From assembly GCA_964599455.1 (NCBI GenBank), contig CAZREA010000001.1:419829-480967 (forward strand): a stretch of 61,139 nucleotides of DNA, written 5' to 3'. This stretch comes from an uncultured Gammaproteobacteria bacterium. Its GTDB lineage: Bacteria > Patescibacteriota > Patescibacteriia > UBA9934. Below, piece after piece: positions 34,225-42,825 of this stretch (positions within the stretch are counted from its first letter, which is position 1; each line of letters opens with the position of its first letter). A program made the position numbers and the translations under genes. Under the pieces are notes generated by a model. It had not been told where the DNA came from and ran no database searches. It saw only the letters and a program-made list of their open reading frames with translations.

Positions 34225-36675
34225 CTACAGCTTAAAATCTTTCACCTCTATCCCCTTCTCTGAAAACAATACTCGAATGTCGCCTTGCAGGTCGGTGCGA
34301 TAGGTCGTCGCTCCAAAAAAAGTGAGTCGATCAAGTACATCTTCGTCGGGCAATCCGTAGCTATTCTCTTCTGCGACAGAAATAATTACTACGGTCGGTC
34401 GGATTTTTTCGAGAAGCTCGGATGACGTTGATGTCCGGCTCCCATGATGACCGACCTTCAGCACATCAACCCTATCAGGCAAGGCATCAAGAAAAAAATC
34501 TTCTTGCTCAACTCCCGCATCACCCGTTAGCAACATTGATCCGTGCGGCGTCTCGAGCAGCGCCACGATAGAACCATCGTTGGGATCATCAATGCGATCA
34601 TTACCATACGGAGCTGCGGGCCAAAGAATACGCAGACGAGTGTCAGGAGCAAGTTCGATCACATCACCTGCTCGAGGAAAAATGCGCTCGGGAATCATCT
34701 TTTGCCACACAAAAAATTCAGATGACGTATATCCTTGTTGCGGATCGTAAACCGACGTCACTGCATACGATTGATAAGTAGGAATCAAACCAATGAGATG
34801 ATCCGCATGTGGATGCGTGACCATCATCGCGTCGATAGAACGATCAAACCACGGCAACACGGCACCAATTTTCTCGGGCATGATCGTTGAAGGTCCGCCA
34901 TCAATGACTACATCTTTACCAGGCGTATCAATGAAAATACCGTCACCTTGTCCGATATTAAATACCCAAACCGAAACCGTATCACGCGAAATCCACGTTC
35001 CGCTTCGGTACGCATGAAAAGCGAGCAATGCCACGATGATTACCACGCCGCCAAATGCAAGCACATTTGTCGAAATTGTAGAAGAAATCTTCTGCGCAGC
35101 CTGTACTGGTTTATGTTCTTTCGCTCGTCGAAAACGAAAGTATATAAAGATTACTCCTGCTCCAATTCCCACAAAAAGCAATTTCACAAACAGATCCGCT
35201 TTCACGCTTGCATACGGGATCTGCGACATCTCACGAATGACAAACAACATTGCCTCAAGCAAAATCCACGGAACAACGGCAAGATATCGTGCGATTGTTG
35301 TTAAAAAAATTCCTAAAACGGTCGTGATTGATCCGGTCAGCATCGCGTACGGAATCAAAGGAAGGACAAGGAGATTCACGAACGGTGCTACAAAGGAAAA
35401 TTGCCCTAAAGAAAAAAGTGTGACCGGCATCGTCGCAAGCGTAGCCGCACAGGTTGTCGCAAAGGCTTCACGTAATCCCAACTTTTCCGGAATGAATGCG
35501 AGACGTTCAGCAAATGGTTTTGCCCAAAACAACAATCCTATCGTCGACAAAACAGAAAGCTGGAATCCGACATCATCACGCAACAATCGTGGCTCGATCA
35601 CAAGCATCGTCGCCACCGTCAGTAAAACGATATTGCGCATGGTTGTTTTGCGTCCGATCATGCGTGCAAGTACGACAAGCGATGCCATGACCCCTGCACG
35701 AGTAACCGCCGCTTCCATTCCCGCCAAAAGAACAAAAAGCAAAATCCCTCCGAGCACAATCCACGTTGCTCGCTTGCGAGGAATGGCAAGTGCGAACAAT
35801 GCGGACAATAGTAATGACACGACAATGGCGACATTTGATCCACTCGCTGCCACAATGTGCGATGTCCCGGTTGTCAAAAATCGTTCATTCCAAGTTTGAG
35901 AAAAAGCGTCATCGCCAATTAACAGTCCCGCGAGAAGTTGCGCGTGCGGATCGGGCAATATGCGATCAATCGCATGCACAACTGCGTCATGCAGATATGC
36001 GGTTGCACGGAGAATTTGAATGCTCCATCGCGAATCCTCTTCGAGAAAGAAAGGAATTTCCCGCGTCGAACAGCGCGCTACAATATCTTTTGCTGCCAAA
36101 AAACGATCGTATGCAAAACCTTCGAACGCTTCCGGTTTTTTCAGCTCACAAAATACTTGTACGCGATCCCCCACGTGCAAGGTTGCAAATAATGGCGCCG
36201 TCACAAGTACACGATCGGTTCGATTTTCTTTATCAACTGCAAGATTTGTGAGGGTGTAGCGCAATGAGGTCTCTGTTTCTTGAATGCGAACGATGGTGCC
36301 GACCACTTCGCGATAGGATTCGGTTGTGTAGATGACAGAGGCAGCATCGGGTTGCACAAGTTGGTAGCGATACCAACCGACGGCAGCGGTAAGAAGGATG
36401 ATGGCGGCGAGCGCCATGCCTGCACGCGACCACCCCCTAGCCCCCTCCTTGAAAAGGAGGGGGAAACGCAGGCTCACACCTTCGCTCCTTCGTACTCCGC
36501 TCAACCACAAAACCATTAGCAAGACAGTAATGCCGAGGACGATATACCCCCACGTCGTGATCGCAAACGAGGCAAAGGCGACTCCAATGATGTATCCCGC
36601 ACAGGCATGCGCAAGAATCCAGCCAGGTTTTAATTGCGGGATGGGCAACATAATGGATGCATTATATATCGCCAT
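34225..36675 (-). CDS. comEC: DNA internalization competence protein ComEC/Rec2 with C-terminal metallo-beta-lactamase domain
   Basis: Polytopic competence domain plus MBL motif VTHPHADHLIG..GHHGS. Start chosen at ATG 36675. Contains the in-frame P1 repeat at 36441-36463. Confidence 0.88.
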   Translation of the reverse strand: MAIYNASIMLPIPQLKPGWILAHACAGYIIGVAFASFAITTWGYIVLGITVLLMVLWLSGVRRSEGVSLRFPLLFKEGARGWSRAGMALAAIILLTAAVGWYRYQLVQPDAASVIYTTESYREVVGTIVRIQETETSLRYTLTNLAVDKENRTDRVLVTAPLFATLHVGDRVQVFCELKKPEAFEGFAYDRFLAAKDIVARCSTREIPFFLEEDSRWSIQILRATAYLHDAVVHAIDRILPDPHAQLLAGLLIGDDAFSQTWNERFLTTGTSHIVAASGSNVAIVVSLLLSALFALAIPRKRATWIVLGGILLFVLLAGMEAAVTRAGVMASLVVLARMIGRKTTMRNIVLLTVATMLVIEPRLLRDDVGFQLSVLSTIGLLFWAKPFAERLAFIPEKLGLREAFATTCAATLATMPVTLFSLGQFSFVAPFVNLLVLPLIPYAMLTGSITTVLGIFLTTIARYLAVVPWILLEAMLFVIREMSQIPYASVKADLFVKLLFVGIGAGVIFIYFRFRRAKEHKPVQAAQKISSTISTNVLAFGGVVIIVALLAFHAYRSGTWISRDTVSVWVFNIGQGDGIFIDTPGKDVVIDGGPSTIMPEKIGAVLPWFDRSIDAMMVTHPHADHLIGLIPTYQSYAVTSVYDPQQGYTSSEFFVWQKMIPERIFPRAGDVIELAPDTRLRILWPAAPYGNDRIDDPNDGSIVALLETPHGSMLLTGDAGVEQEDFFLDALPDRVDVLKVGHHGSRTSTSSELLEKIRPTVVIISVAEENSYGLPDEDVLDRLTFFGATTYRTDLQGDIRVLFSEKGIEVKDFKL
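36425..36470. repeat. P1 palindromic element copy B, in frame inside comEC
   Basis: CCCCCTCCTTGAAAAGGAGGGGG (36441-63) encodes RFPLLFKEGARGW within ComEC. Confidence 0.8.
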
Positions 36676-36702
36676 GTATCGGCCGCGCGTATTCAAACGC
36701 AA

Positions 36703-36725
36703 GAGACGGGTCGCCGACCCGTCTC
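36703..36725. repeat. P2 palindrome GAGACGGGTCGCCGACCCGTCTC, copy 1 (intergenic)
   Basis: Perfect 23-bp palindrome. The twin at 43999-44021 shares the flanking tacg. Confidence 0.8.
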
Positions 36726-36796
36726 TACGGCGACAAAATTCAGCAACGCAATTCGTTTTCGCTAATGCATTTTTGCGATTGCATCCGCGGCACGAT

Positions 36797-36818
36797 GGGG
36801 TCGGGCATGCCCGACCCC
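36797..36818. repeat. P3 perfect palindrome GGGGTCGGGCATGCCCGACCCC touching the leuS stop codon
   Basis: 22-bp perfect palindrome. Confidence 0.8.
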
Positions 36819-39800
36819 TACAGCACAAAATTCACAATTTTTCCTTTTACCACGATCGTCTTTTTTGGCTCGTTCGTCAGGTGCTTGGCAACGTTTTCGT
36901 TTTGTTTAGCAATGGCGACAATCTGTTCATCAGTAGCGTCGGCAGGAACAGTGATGTTCCCACGTAATTTACCGTTTACTTGAACCGCAATCGTCATCTC
37001 GTCATCAGTTAGGAATGCAGAATCAAATTGCGGCCAAGGCTGTTCTTCAACAAATCCTTTTTCGCCAATCTTCTCCCAAAGTTCGTTCGCAACATGCGGA
37101 GCAAAAGGAACGAGCATCATCAATATAAGCTTAAAAGATTCTTTGGTAATCACCTTTTGTTCGTAGACATCGTTCACCAATGTCATCAAGGCTGCAACAG
37201 CCGTATTAAAACGATATCCTTCAATATCTTTGGTGATTTTTTCGAGCGTTTTGTACACTTTCTTTTTTAATGACGCATCTTCGCTGTCAGAAACAAACTC
37301 TGCCATACGCACGACGCGATCCAAAAAACGACGTACGCCAATCACGCCATTCATCGACCATGGTACTGGCTCCTCAAACGGTCCCATGAAAAGCTCATAC
37401 ACACGTAGCGTATCTGCTCCGTACGCTTGCACAATGTCATCGGGATTGACGACATTACCTTTTGATTTGCTCATCTTGGTTCCGTCTTCTGCGAGAATTA
37501 ATCCATGAGCAATACGCTTCTGACAAAATTCGGAAAATGGCACATGTCCGCGATCGAACAACACTTTTGTCCAGAAGCGTGCATACAATAAGTGACGCGT
37601 GGCATGCTCCATCCCACCGTTGTACACATCAACTGGCAACCAGTGTTTAAGCTTATCTTTGCTGGCAAACGCCTGATCATTATGCGGATCGGCGTAGCGC
37701 AAAAAATACCAACTCGACCCTGCCCAATTCGGCATCGTATCGGTTTCGCGTGTGGCTTTGCCCCCACACTGCGGACAAGACGTGTTCATCCAATCAGGAA
37801 TCAACGACAACGGTGACTCGCCCGTATCGGTTGGTTCGTATTTTTCAACCTGCGGCAACGTTACCGGCAAATCTGTTTCCGGCACCGGTACCCAACCATC
37901 ATGTTCCGATGCACATCCATTTTCACAATGCACGAGCGGAATCGGCTCACCCCAATAACGCTGTCGCGAAAATACCCAATCACGCAAACGATAGGTCACT
38001 TTCTTGCGTCCACTTCCCTGCTCTTCGAGCCAAGTAGTAATTTTTTGGATCGCATCATCAGAGGTAAGTTCGGAGAATTGATCTGAGTTCGTAAGGATGC
38101 CTTTTTCAGGCGTACATTGATCGTCTCGACCAATACGTCGCCACACTTCTTTCATGTCGTCAGCAGTAATAAAGCTCATCACTTCATCACGCGAGATCCA
38201 AACAAGATCAGCAAGTGCTTTTTCATCGTCGGCAATCTCTTGGTGAGTATCGTCAGCAAGTTCAAATAACATGCCAGAGAATTCTGCCCAACGATTTTGT
38301 TTTTTTACCATGTGATAAAACTGGGAATGGATAGAATCCCCAAGTTTACGAACCAAACGCATGTTTTGATAACCTGTTTCCTCTTTAATTTCGCGCATCG
38401 CAGCTTCAATCGGCTCTTCCCCATCTTCAATACCGCCAATCACAAATCCCTGCCACGTATTCGCTTTATACTTCACGCACAAGTATTTCTCTTCATTCCA
38501 ATGTTTAATAACACACACTGCAGCTTTTCGTTTTACAAAAGGAGCATCAGGTCGAAGAGCATCATCACCGCTTGATCGAACGAATAATGATTGCACGACC
38601 GAACGAATTGATAAGTGATATTTCTTCGCAAACGCCCAATCACGTTCATCATGCGCCGGCACGGCCATCACCGCACCTGTTCCATACGAACCGACAACAT
38701 AGTCCGCCACCCAAATCGGAACCTTTTCGCCATTTGCCGGATTCACGGCATACGCACCCGTAAAGACCCCGGTTTTTTCACGACTGAGGTCACCACGCTC
38801 TTCATCGGTTTTATTTTTCGTAGTAGCAACATATGCATCAACCTCAGCGCGCTGTGCGTCGGTCGTGATTCGCGAGACCAAGGGATGTTCCGGAGCAAGA
38901 ACAACATACGTAACACCGAAAACGGTATCAGGACGAGTGGTAAAAACGGTAATAATCGGATTTGTCAGCTTAAAATGATAAATATAAACGAGATCATCGT
39001 CGGTAATTTCACGCTTGTAGTACGTAGAATAAATCTTACGTCGCTCCTCAAGCGTCTGCGCATCATGCTCATGGCCCGGAAAATCAAGAGGAACATCCTT
39101 CAACGAACGCTCTTCAATCTGCGTCACTTGCGCCATAGCAAAAACTTGCTGCGCTTCCCAATTAATCAACTTCACAATATCGCCTTCTTTGATATTCTTC
39201 TCCATTCTAAAAGTCACTGTTTTGTTACCAGACATGATCTCATCACAAAGCCAAGGACGGAATTTGAAATATTCGATCGGTCGAGCAGCCGTTTCTCCAA
39301 TCACAAAATCAATCTCCGCACCTTCACTTCTTCCAATCCATTCTTCCTGCTCTTTTTTAATTTTCGGCAAATAGTCGACGCCTTTGAGATCTTCTAACAG
39401 ACGATCGGCATATTTTGTCATCGCAATCATCCACTGTTCTTTTTCGCGCTTCTCAACTGGTGTTCCGCAGCGTTCACACACACCACCAGCTGCTTCTTCA
39501 TTTGCCAAACCAATCTTATCCTTCGGACACCAATTGATCGGCATCTTCGCCTTATAACAAAGTCCATGCTTAAAAAATTCCAAAAACATCCATTGCGTCC
39601 ATTTGTAATACGCGGGATCAGTTGTATCAACTTCGCGGGACCAATCAAAACTAAAGCCGATGGATTGTAATTGTCGGCGAAACGTTTCGATGTTTTGTTT
39701 GGTCACGATTGACGGATGAATGCCGGTTTTGATGGCATAATTTTCAGCAGGCAATCCAAACGCATCCCAACCCATGGGAAAAAGGACATTCATTCCTTCC

Positions 39801-40000
39801 ATGCGACGCTTACGCGCTATGACATCAAGTGCGGTGTAACTCCGCGGATGACCGACGTGCAAACCAGCTCCTGATGGATAGGGAAACTCGACAAGAACAT
39901 AATATTTTTCTCGCAAATCGTTTTCTTTTGCATAAAAGATGGCACTTTCATGCCACTTTTTTTGCCACTTGGGATCAAAAAACCGATGATCGTACGACAT
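36818..40000 (-). CDS. leuS: Leucyl-tRNA synthetase with two extra inserted domains (ASCH-like and Nudix)
   Basis: HIGH (HVGH) and KMSKS present. CP1 editing motifs TTRPDT and AVPAHDERD present. 1060 aa, roughly 200 aa longer than typical bacterial LeuRS. Confidence 0.95.
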   Translation of the reverse strand: MSYDHRFFDPKWQKKWHESAIFYAKENDLREKYYVLVEFPYPSGAGLHVGHPRSYTALDVIARKRRMEGMNVLFPMGWDAFGLPAENYAIKTGIHPSIVTKQNIETFRRQLQSIGFSFDWSREVDTTDPAYYKWTQWMFLEFFKHGLCYKAKMPINWCPKDKIGLANEEAAGGVCERCGTPVEKREKEQWMIAMTKYADRLLEDLKGVDYLPKIKKEQEEWIGRSEGAEIDFVIGETAARPIEYFKFRPWLCDEIMSGNKTVTFRMEKNIKEGDIVKLINWEAQQVFAMAQVTQIEERSLKDVPLDFPGHEHDAQTLEERRKIYSTYYKREITDDDLVYIYHFKLTNPIITVFTTRPDTVFGVTYVVLAPEHPLVSRITTDAQRAEVDAYVATTKNKTDEERGDLSREKTGVFTGAYAVNPANGEKVPIWVADYVVGSYGTGAVMAVPAHDERDWAFAKKYHLSIRSVVQSLFVRSSGDDALRPDAPFVKRKAAVCVIKHWNEEKYLCVKYKANTWQGFVIGGIEDGEEPIEAAMREIKEETGYQNMRLVRKLGDSIHSQFYHMVKKQNRWAEFSGMLFELADDTHQEIADDEKALADLVWISRDEVMSFITADDMKEVWRRIGRDDQCTPEKGILTNSDQFSELTSDDAIQKITTWLEEQGSGRKKVTYRLRDWVFSRQRYWGEPIPLVHCENGCASEHDGWVPVPETDLPVTLPQVEKYEPTDTGESPLSLIPDWMNTSCPQCGGKATRETDTMPNWAGSSWYFLRYADPHNDQAFASKDKLKHWLPVDVYNGGMEHATRHLLYARFWTKVLFDRGHVPFSEFCQKRIAHGLILAEDGTKMSKSKGNVVNPDDIVQAYGADTLRVYELFMGPFEEPVPWSMNGVIGVRRFLDRVVRMAEFVSDSEDASLKKKVYKTLEKITKDIEGYRFNTAVAALMTLVNDVYEQKVITKESFKLILMMLVPFAPHVANELWEKIGEKGFVEEQPWPQFDSAFLTDDEMTIAVQVNGKLRGNITVPADATDEQIVAIAKQNENVAKHLTNEPKKTIVVKGKIVNFVL

Positions 40001-40040
40001 AGATAGAACTATGGTAAAGAGAATACAAAAAAAGGCAACC

Positions 40041-40469
40041 TTAGATCACTTCATCCGACGGAAATGAAGGCATTGTGCCATGCACGCGGTATCCACAGAG
40101 ATCCGAAAAAACAAGATGGACCACAGCCTGCCGGAAACCGAGTGTATCCGGTAATTCTAAATCTTTTGCCAATTCCTCTATATCGCGGTAAATCCCCGCA
40201 GGGAGAACGAACTCAGTTGCAATAGAGGAAGTTGGAAGAAGTTCTTGTCCTGTTTCAAAAAGCTGCTCAAGTGCTTCAGTAATATCGTCATAAGAAAAAT
40301 CTCCGGCAAAGGGCCCACGAGACAATCGCCAACCGTCTTTATATAATACTTGCATTCCCTCAAGAAATCTTCCCAGCAAAGGAACCTGCATCCCCGTCCA
40401 TTGCGCAGCTTCATGAAAAAATCTTTGTGCCTGTTGATCTGGACTCTCTCTTTCTCTTTCACGAGACAT
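40041..40469 (-). CDS. Hypothetical protein (142 aa)
   Basis: ATG at 40469, 2 nt after the methyltransferase stop. No family recognised. Confidence 0.5.
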   Translation of the reverse strand: MSRERERESPDQQAQRFFHEAAQWTGMQVPLLGRFLEGMQVLYKDGWRLSRGPFAGDFSYDDITEALEQLFETGQELLPTSSIATEFVLPAGIYRDIEELAKDLELPDTLGFRQAVVHLVFSDLCGYRVHGTMPSFPSDEVI

Positions 40470-40471
40470 AG

Positions 40472-41356
40472 TTAGGGTTTTTGACCGATCAGCAGAAAGC
40501 TTAGCCACAACGCCCGCTCACTCATACCTAGATTTTTCTGCGCAACACCTCGCAAATGCAACGCTCGTTGTGTCTCAGGAATCTGAAAAACGGGAATTAC
40601 CTGGATATGTTTCCATCCTAAATGTTGGAGAACTTCTTCATACTTTTCAGGCCGGACGCGATTAGGAATGCCGGGAAAGTGCGCGAGACGATAAAGCCAC
40701 TGCGGATAGCGATAAATATTAAGCGGATCACGCTCACGTAAAATGCCCGTGTGCGTTTGTAAATCAATATGCGCGCACAACCACCCGCCGGGCGCGAGGA
40801 CGCGATGTACATCAACAAGCGTTTGCGCGATAGTATCAAAATGCTCGAAGGCATTATTACTCACTACTACATCAATACTCGCATCGGCAATCGGTCGCAA
40901 ATGAAATGCCACGTCCTGTATCCACGAAAGCGCCGAGGACTGATGAGCTTCATAGGCATTCAATTCCTGAGAAATATCCTGACGCTGCGCTGGATCAATA
41001 ATTTCATCCAGCAATGGCTGATACCAATTCTGCGGAACCTGTTCGAGCAGATTGTTTTTATCAAGTCCAACATACCTTTTAGCACCAGCTGCTAAAAGTA
41101 AAAGTCCAGGAGCCAAGTCGGCACCGGGTCCTAATTCCAGCACGCGTTTTTCGGCAAAAGGATGTGCTGATTTCGTCACCTCAACAAGCGCTTTTTCCCA
41201 ACGAGCAACCGTTTCATGCGCATACGTAAACGCACGATCACGTTCAGCGACGGTAAACGGACGCGGTTTATGATAGCCGAGTATCGTGTAACGAATTTTA
41301 TTCAAAAATAAAACCTTCATTCCAACAAAAAAGAGTATGGTAGCACGAACGCTCAT
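40472..41356 (-). CDS. Class I SAM-dependent methyltransferase
   Basis: Motif I VLELGPGADL and post-I/II pattern (LAPGGWLCAHIDL). Confidence 0.72.
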   Translation of the reverse strand: MSVRATILFFVGMKVLFLNKIRYTILGYHKPRPFTVAERDRAFTYAHETVARWEKALVEVTKSAHPFAEKRVLELGPGADLAPGLLLLAAGAKRYVGLDKNNLLEQVPQNWYQPLLDEIIDPAQRQDISQELNAYEAHQSSALSWIQDVAFHLRPIADASIDVVVSNNAFEHFDTIAQTLVDVHRVLAPGGWLCAHIDLQTHTGILRERDPLNIYRYPQWLYRLAHFPGIPNRVRPEKYEEVLQHLGWKHIQVIPVFQIPETQRALHLRGVAQKNLGMSERALWLSFLLIGQKP

Positions 41357-41358
41357 AC

Positions 41359-41697
41359 TTAGGATTCCTTGCCACCTTCAACGTGATAACCCGCCTCCAT
41401 CCAGCCCATGAGACCTCCCGCCAAACGTTGCACATGTGTATATCCACACGCCCGCAAAGCTTCAACTGCCGCGCTGCCTTTGCCCAATTCATCAAATTCA
41501 CCATACACAACAATAACCGCATCTTTATCCTTCACCACATTCATACACGCCTGTTCGGTTATGTGATCAGACGGGAGATGCACCGCGCCAGGAATATGCC
41601 GATGCTCGTAGCCTTCATCGCTTTGCAGATCAATGAGTGTTAACGGCGTATGTTGGTCGAGGTGATTTTTCAATTCAACAACTGAAAGTGTTTCCAT
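41359..41697 (-). CDS. Rhodanese-homology domain protein lacking the catalytic cysteine
   Basis: Rhodanese pattern (LIDLQSDEGYEHRHIPGAVHLP..GGLMGWMEAG), but the active-site position reads IVVYGEFDELG, with Gly instead of Cys. Confidence 0.7.
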   Translation of the reverse strand: METLSVVELKNHLDQHTPLTLIDLQSDEGYEHRHIPGAVHLPSDHITEQACMNVVKDKDAVIVVYGEFDELGKGSAAVEALRACGYTHVQRLAGGLMGWMEAGYHVEGGKES

Positions 41698-41794
41698 ATA
41701 AAGAAAGTGTAGCGAAGTTTAGAGAGAAAGATGGGATAGTGCTGTGGATGAAGTCAATAATCTCGATAACAATGCAATTTTTCGTAAATAACCA

Positions 41795-41812
41795 TTATCA
41801 TCCTGATGATAA
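41795..41812. promoter_or_regulatory. Operator-like inverted repeat in divergent promoter region
   Basis: TTATCATC-CT-GATGATAA between the rhodanese operon and rsmB/F. Confidence 0.25.
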
Positions 41813-41855
41813 CCTTACTAGCCCGTCGTTTAGCCTCCTGCTACACTTCCCTTTC

Positions 41856-42824
41856 ATGAAATCCCCCCAGCTTCCCCCCGATCTCCATACCCGATTCCTC
41901 AGCCAGTTCGGCCCCTCTGCCACCGAACGCATACTTAAGGCATTTCAAACACCACGAAAAACTACTCTCCGCATTAATACGCTCAAAGCAACCGACCAGG
42001 AAGTAATGGAACGTTTCCGAGAGGAAAATATTGCCTTTGAACGTGTAAAAGATATTCCTCATGCACTCATCATCAAAAATCGAAACGATGATGACATGCT
42101 CGCACATCCCTTAAATAAAGAAGGCAAAATCTATCTCCAAGGTATCGCCTCAATGATTCCACCACTGGTGCTTGATCCCCAACCCGGCGAACGCATTCTT
42201 GATTTGTGCGCTGCGCCGGGAAGCAAGACAACGCAGATGGCCGCGCTCGTCCAGGAGGCGCAAACCGCGTCCGTCATCCGCGAGCACAGACCCCCTCCTG
42301 GCCTCCCCCTTGGAAAGGGGGAGGGACCTCGGCTCATCGCGTGCGAGGACAACGAAGTACGCTATCAAAAACTACTGAACACGATCATGATACAAGGTAC
42401 CGATGTTGATGCACGAAATGTAGACAGCACGTTATTGCATCACGAATTACCCGAATATTTCGATAAAATCTTAGCGGACGTTCCGTGTACAGCCGAAGGA
42501 CGCATTGCTTTTACCGATCCACGTTCGTACAAATTTTGGTCACAAAAGAATATTTTGGAACATGCCAAACTCCAACGACGTCTGTTACGCAGCGCCGTGC
42601 GCATGCTTAAACCTGGCGGCACACTCGTCTATTCGACATGCACACTTGCTCCAGAAGAAAATGAACTCATGACGCAATGGTTGCTTTCCGAATTTCCGAA
42701 GATGAAACCTGTCGCTTTTTCCCTTCCCTTACCTTCCGTTAAAAAAGTGGAACATGGAGTCATATTATTGCCAACGGAATCGCACGAAGGATTTTTTGTG
42801 GGGAAGTTTAAAAAGGCGGGCTAG
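41856..42824 (+). CDS. RsmB/RsmF-family (NOL1/NOP2/Sun) RNA cytosine-C5 methyltransferase
   Basis: ILDLCAAPGSKTTQ, DVPCTAEG and TLVYSTCTLAPEENE motifs. Start chosen at ATG 41856. Carries the in-frame P1 repeat. The stop codon lies in repeat E2. Confidence 0.88.
   Translation: MKSPQLPPDLHTRFLSQFGPSATERILKAFQTPRKTTLRINTLKATDQEVMERFREENIAFERVKDIPHALIIKNRNDDDMLAHPLNKEGKIYLQGIASMIPPLVLDPQPGERILDLCAAPGSKTTQMAALVQEAQTASVIREHRPPPGLPLGKGEGPRLIACEDNEVRYQKLLNTIMIQGTDVDARNVDSTLLHHELPEYFDKILADVPCTAEGRIAFTDPRSYKFWSQKNILEHAKLQRRLLRSAVRMLKPGGTLVYSTCTLAPEENELMTQWLLSEFPKMKPVAFSLPLPSVKKVEHGVILLPTESHEGFFVGKFKKAG
42288..42335. repeat. P1 palindromic element copy C, in frame inside rsmB/F
   Basis: CCTCCCCCTTGGAAAGGGGGAGG (42302-24) encodes PPPGLPLGKGEGPR between the SAM-binding motif and LIACEDNE. 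Confidence 0.8.
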
Positions 42825-42825
42825 C

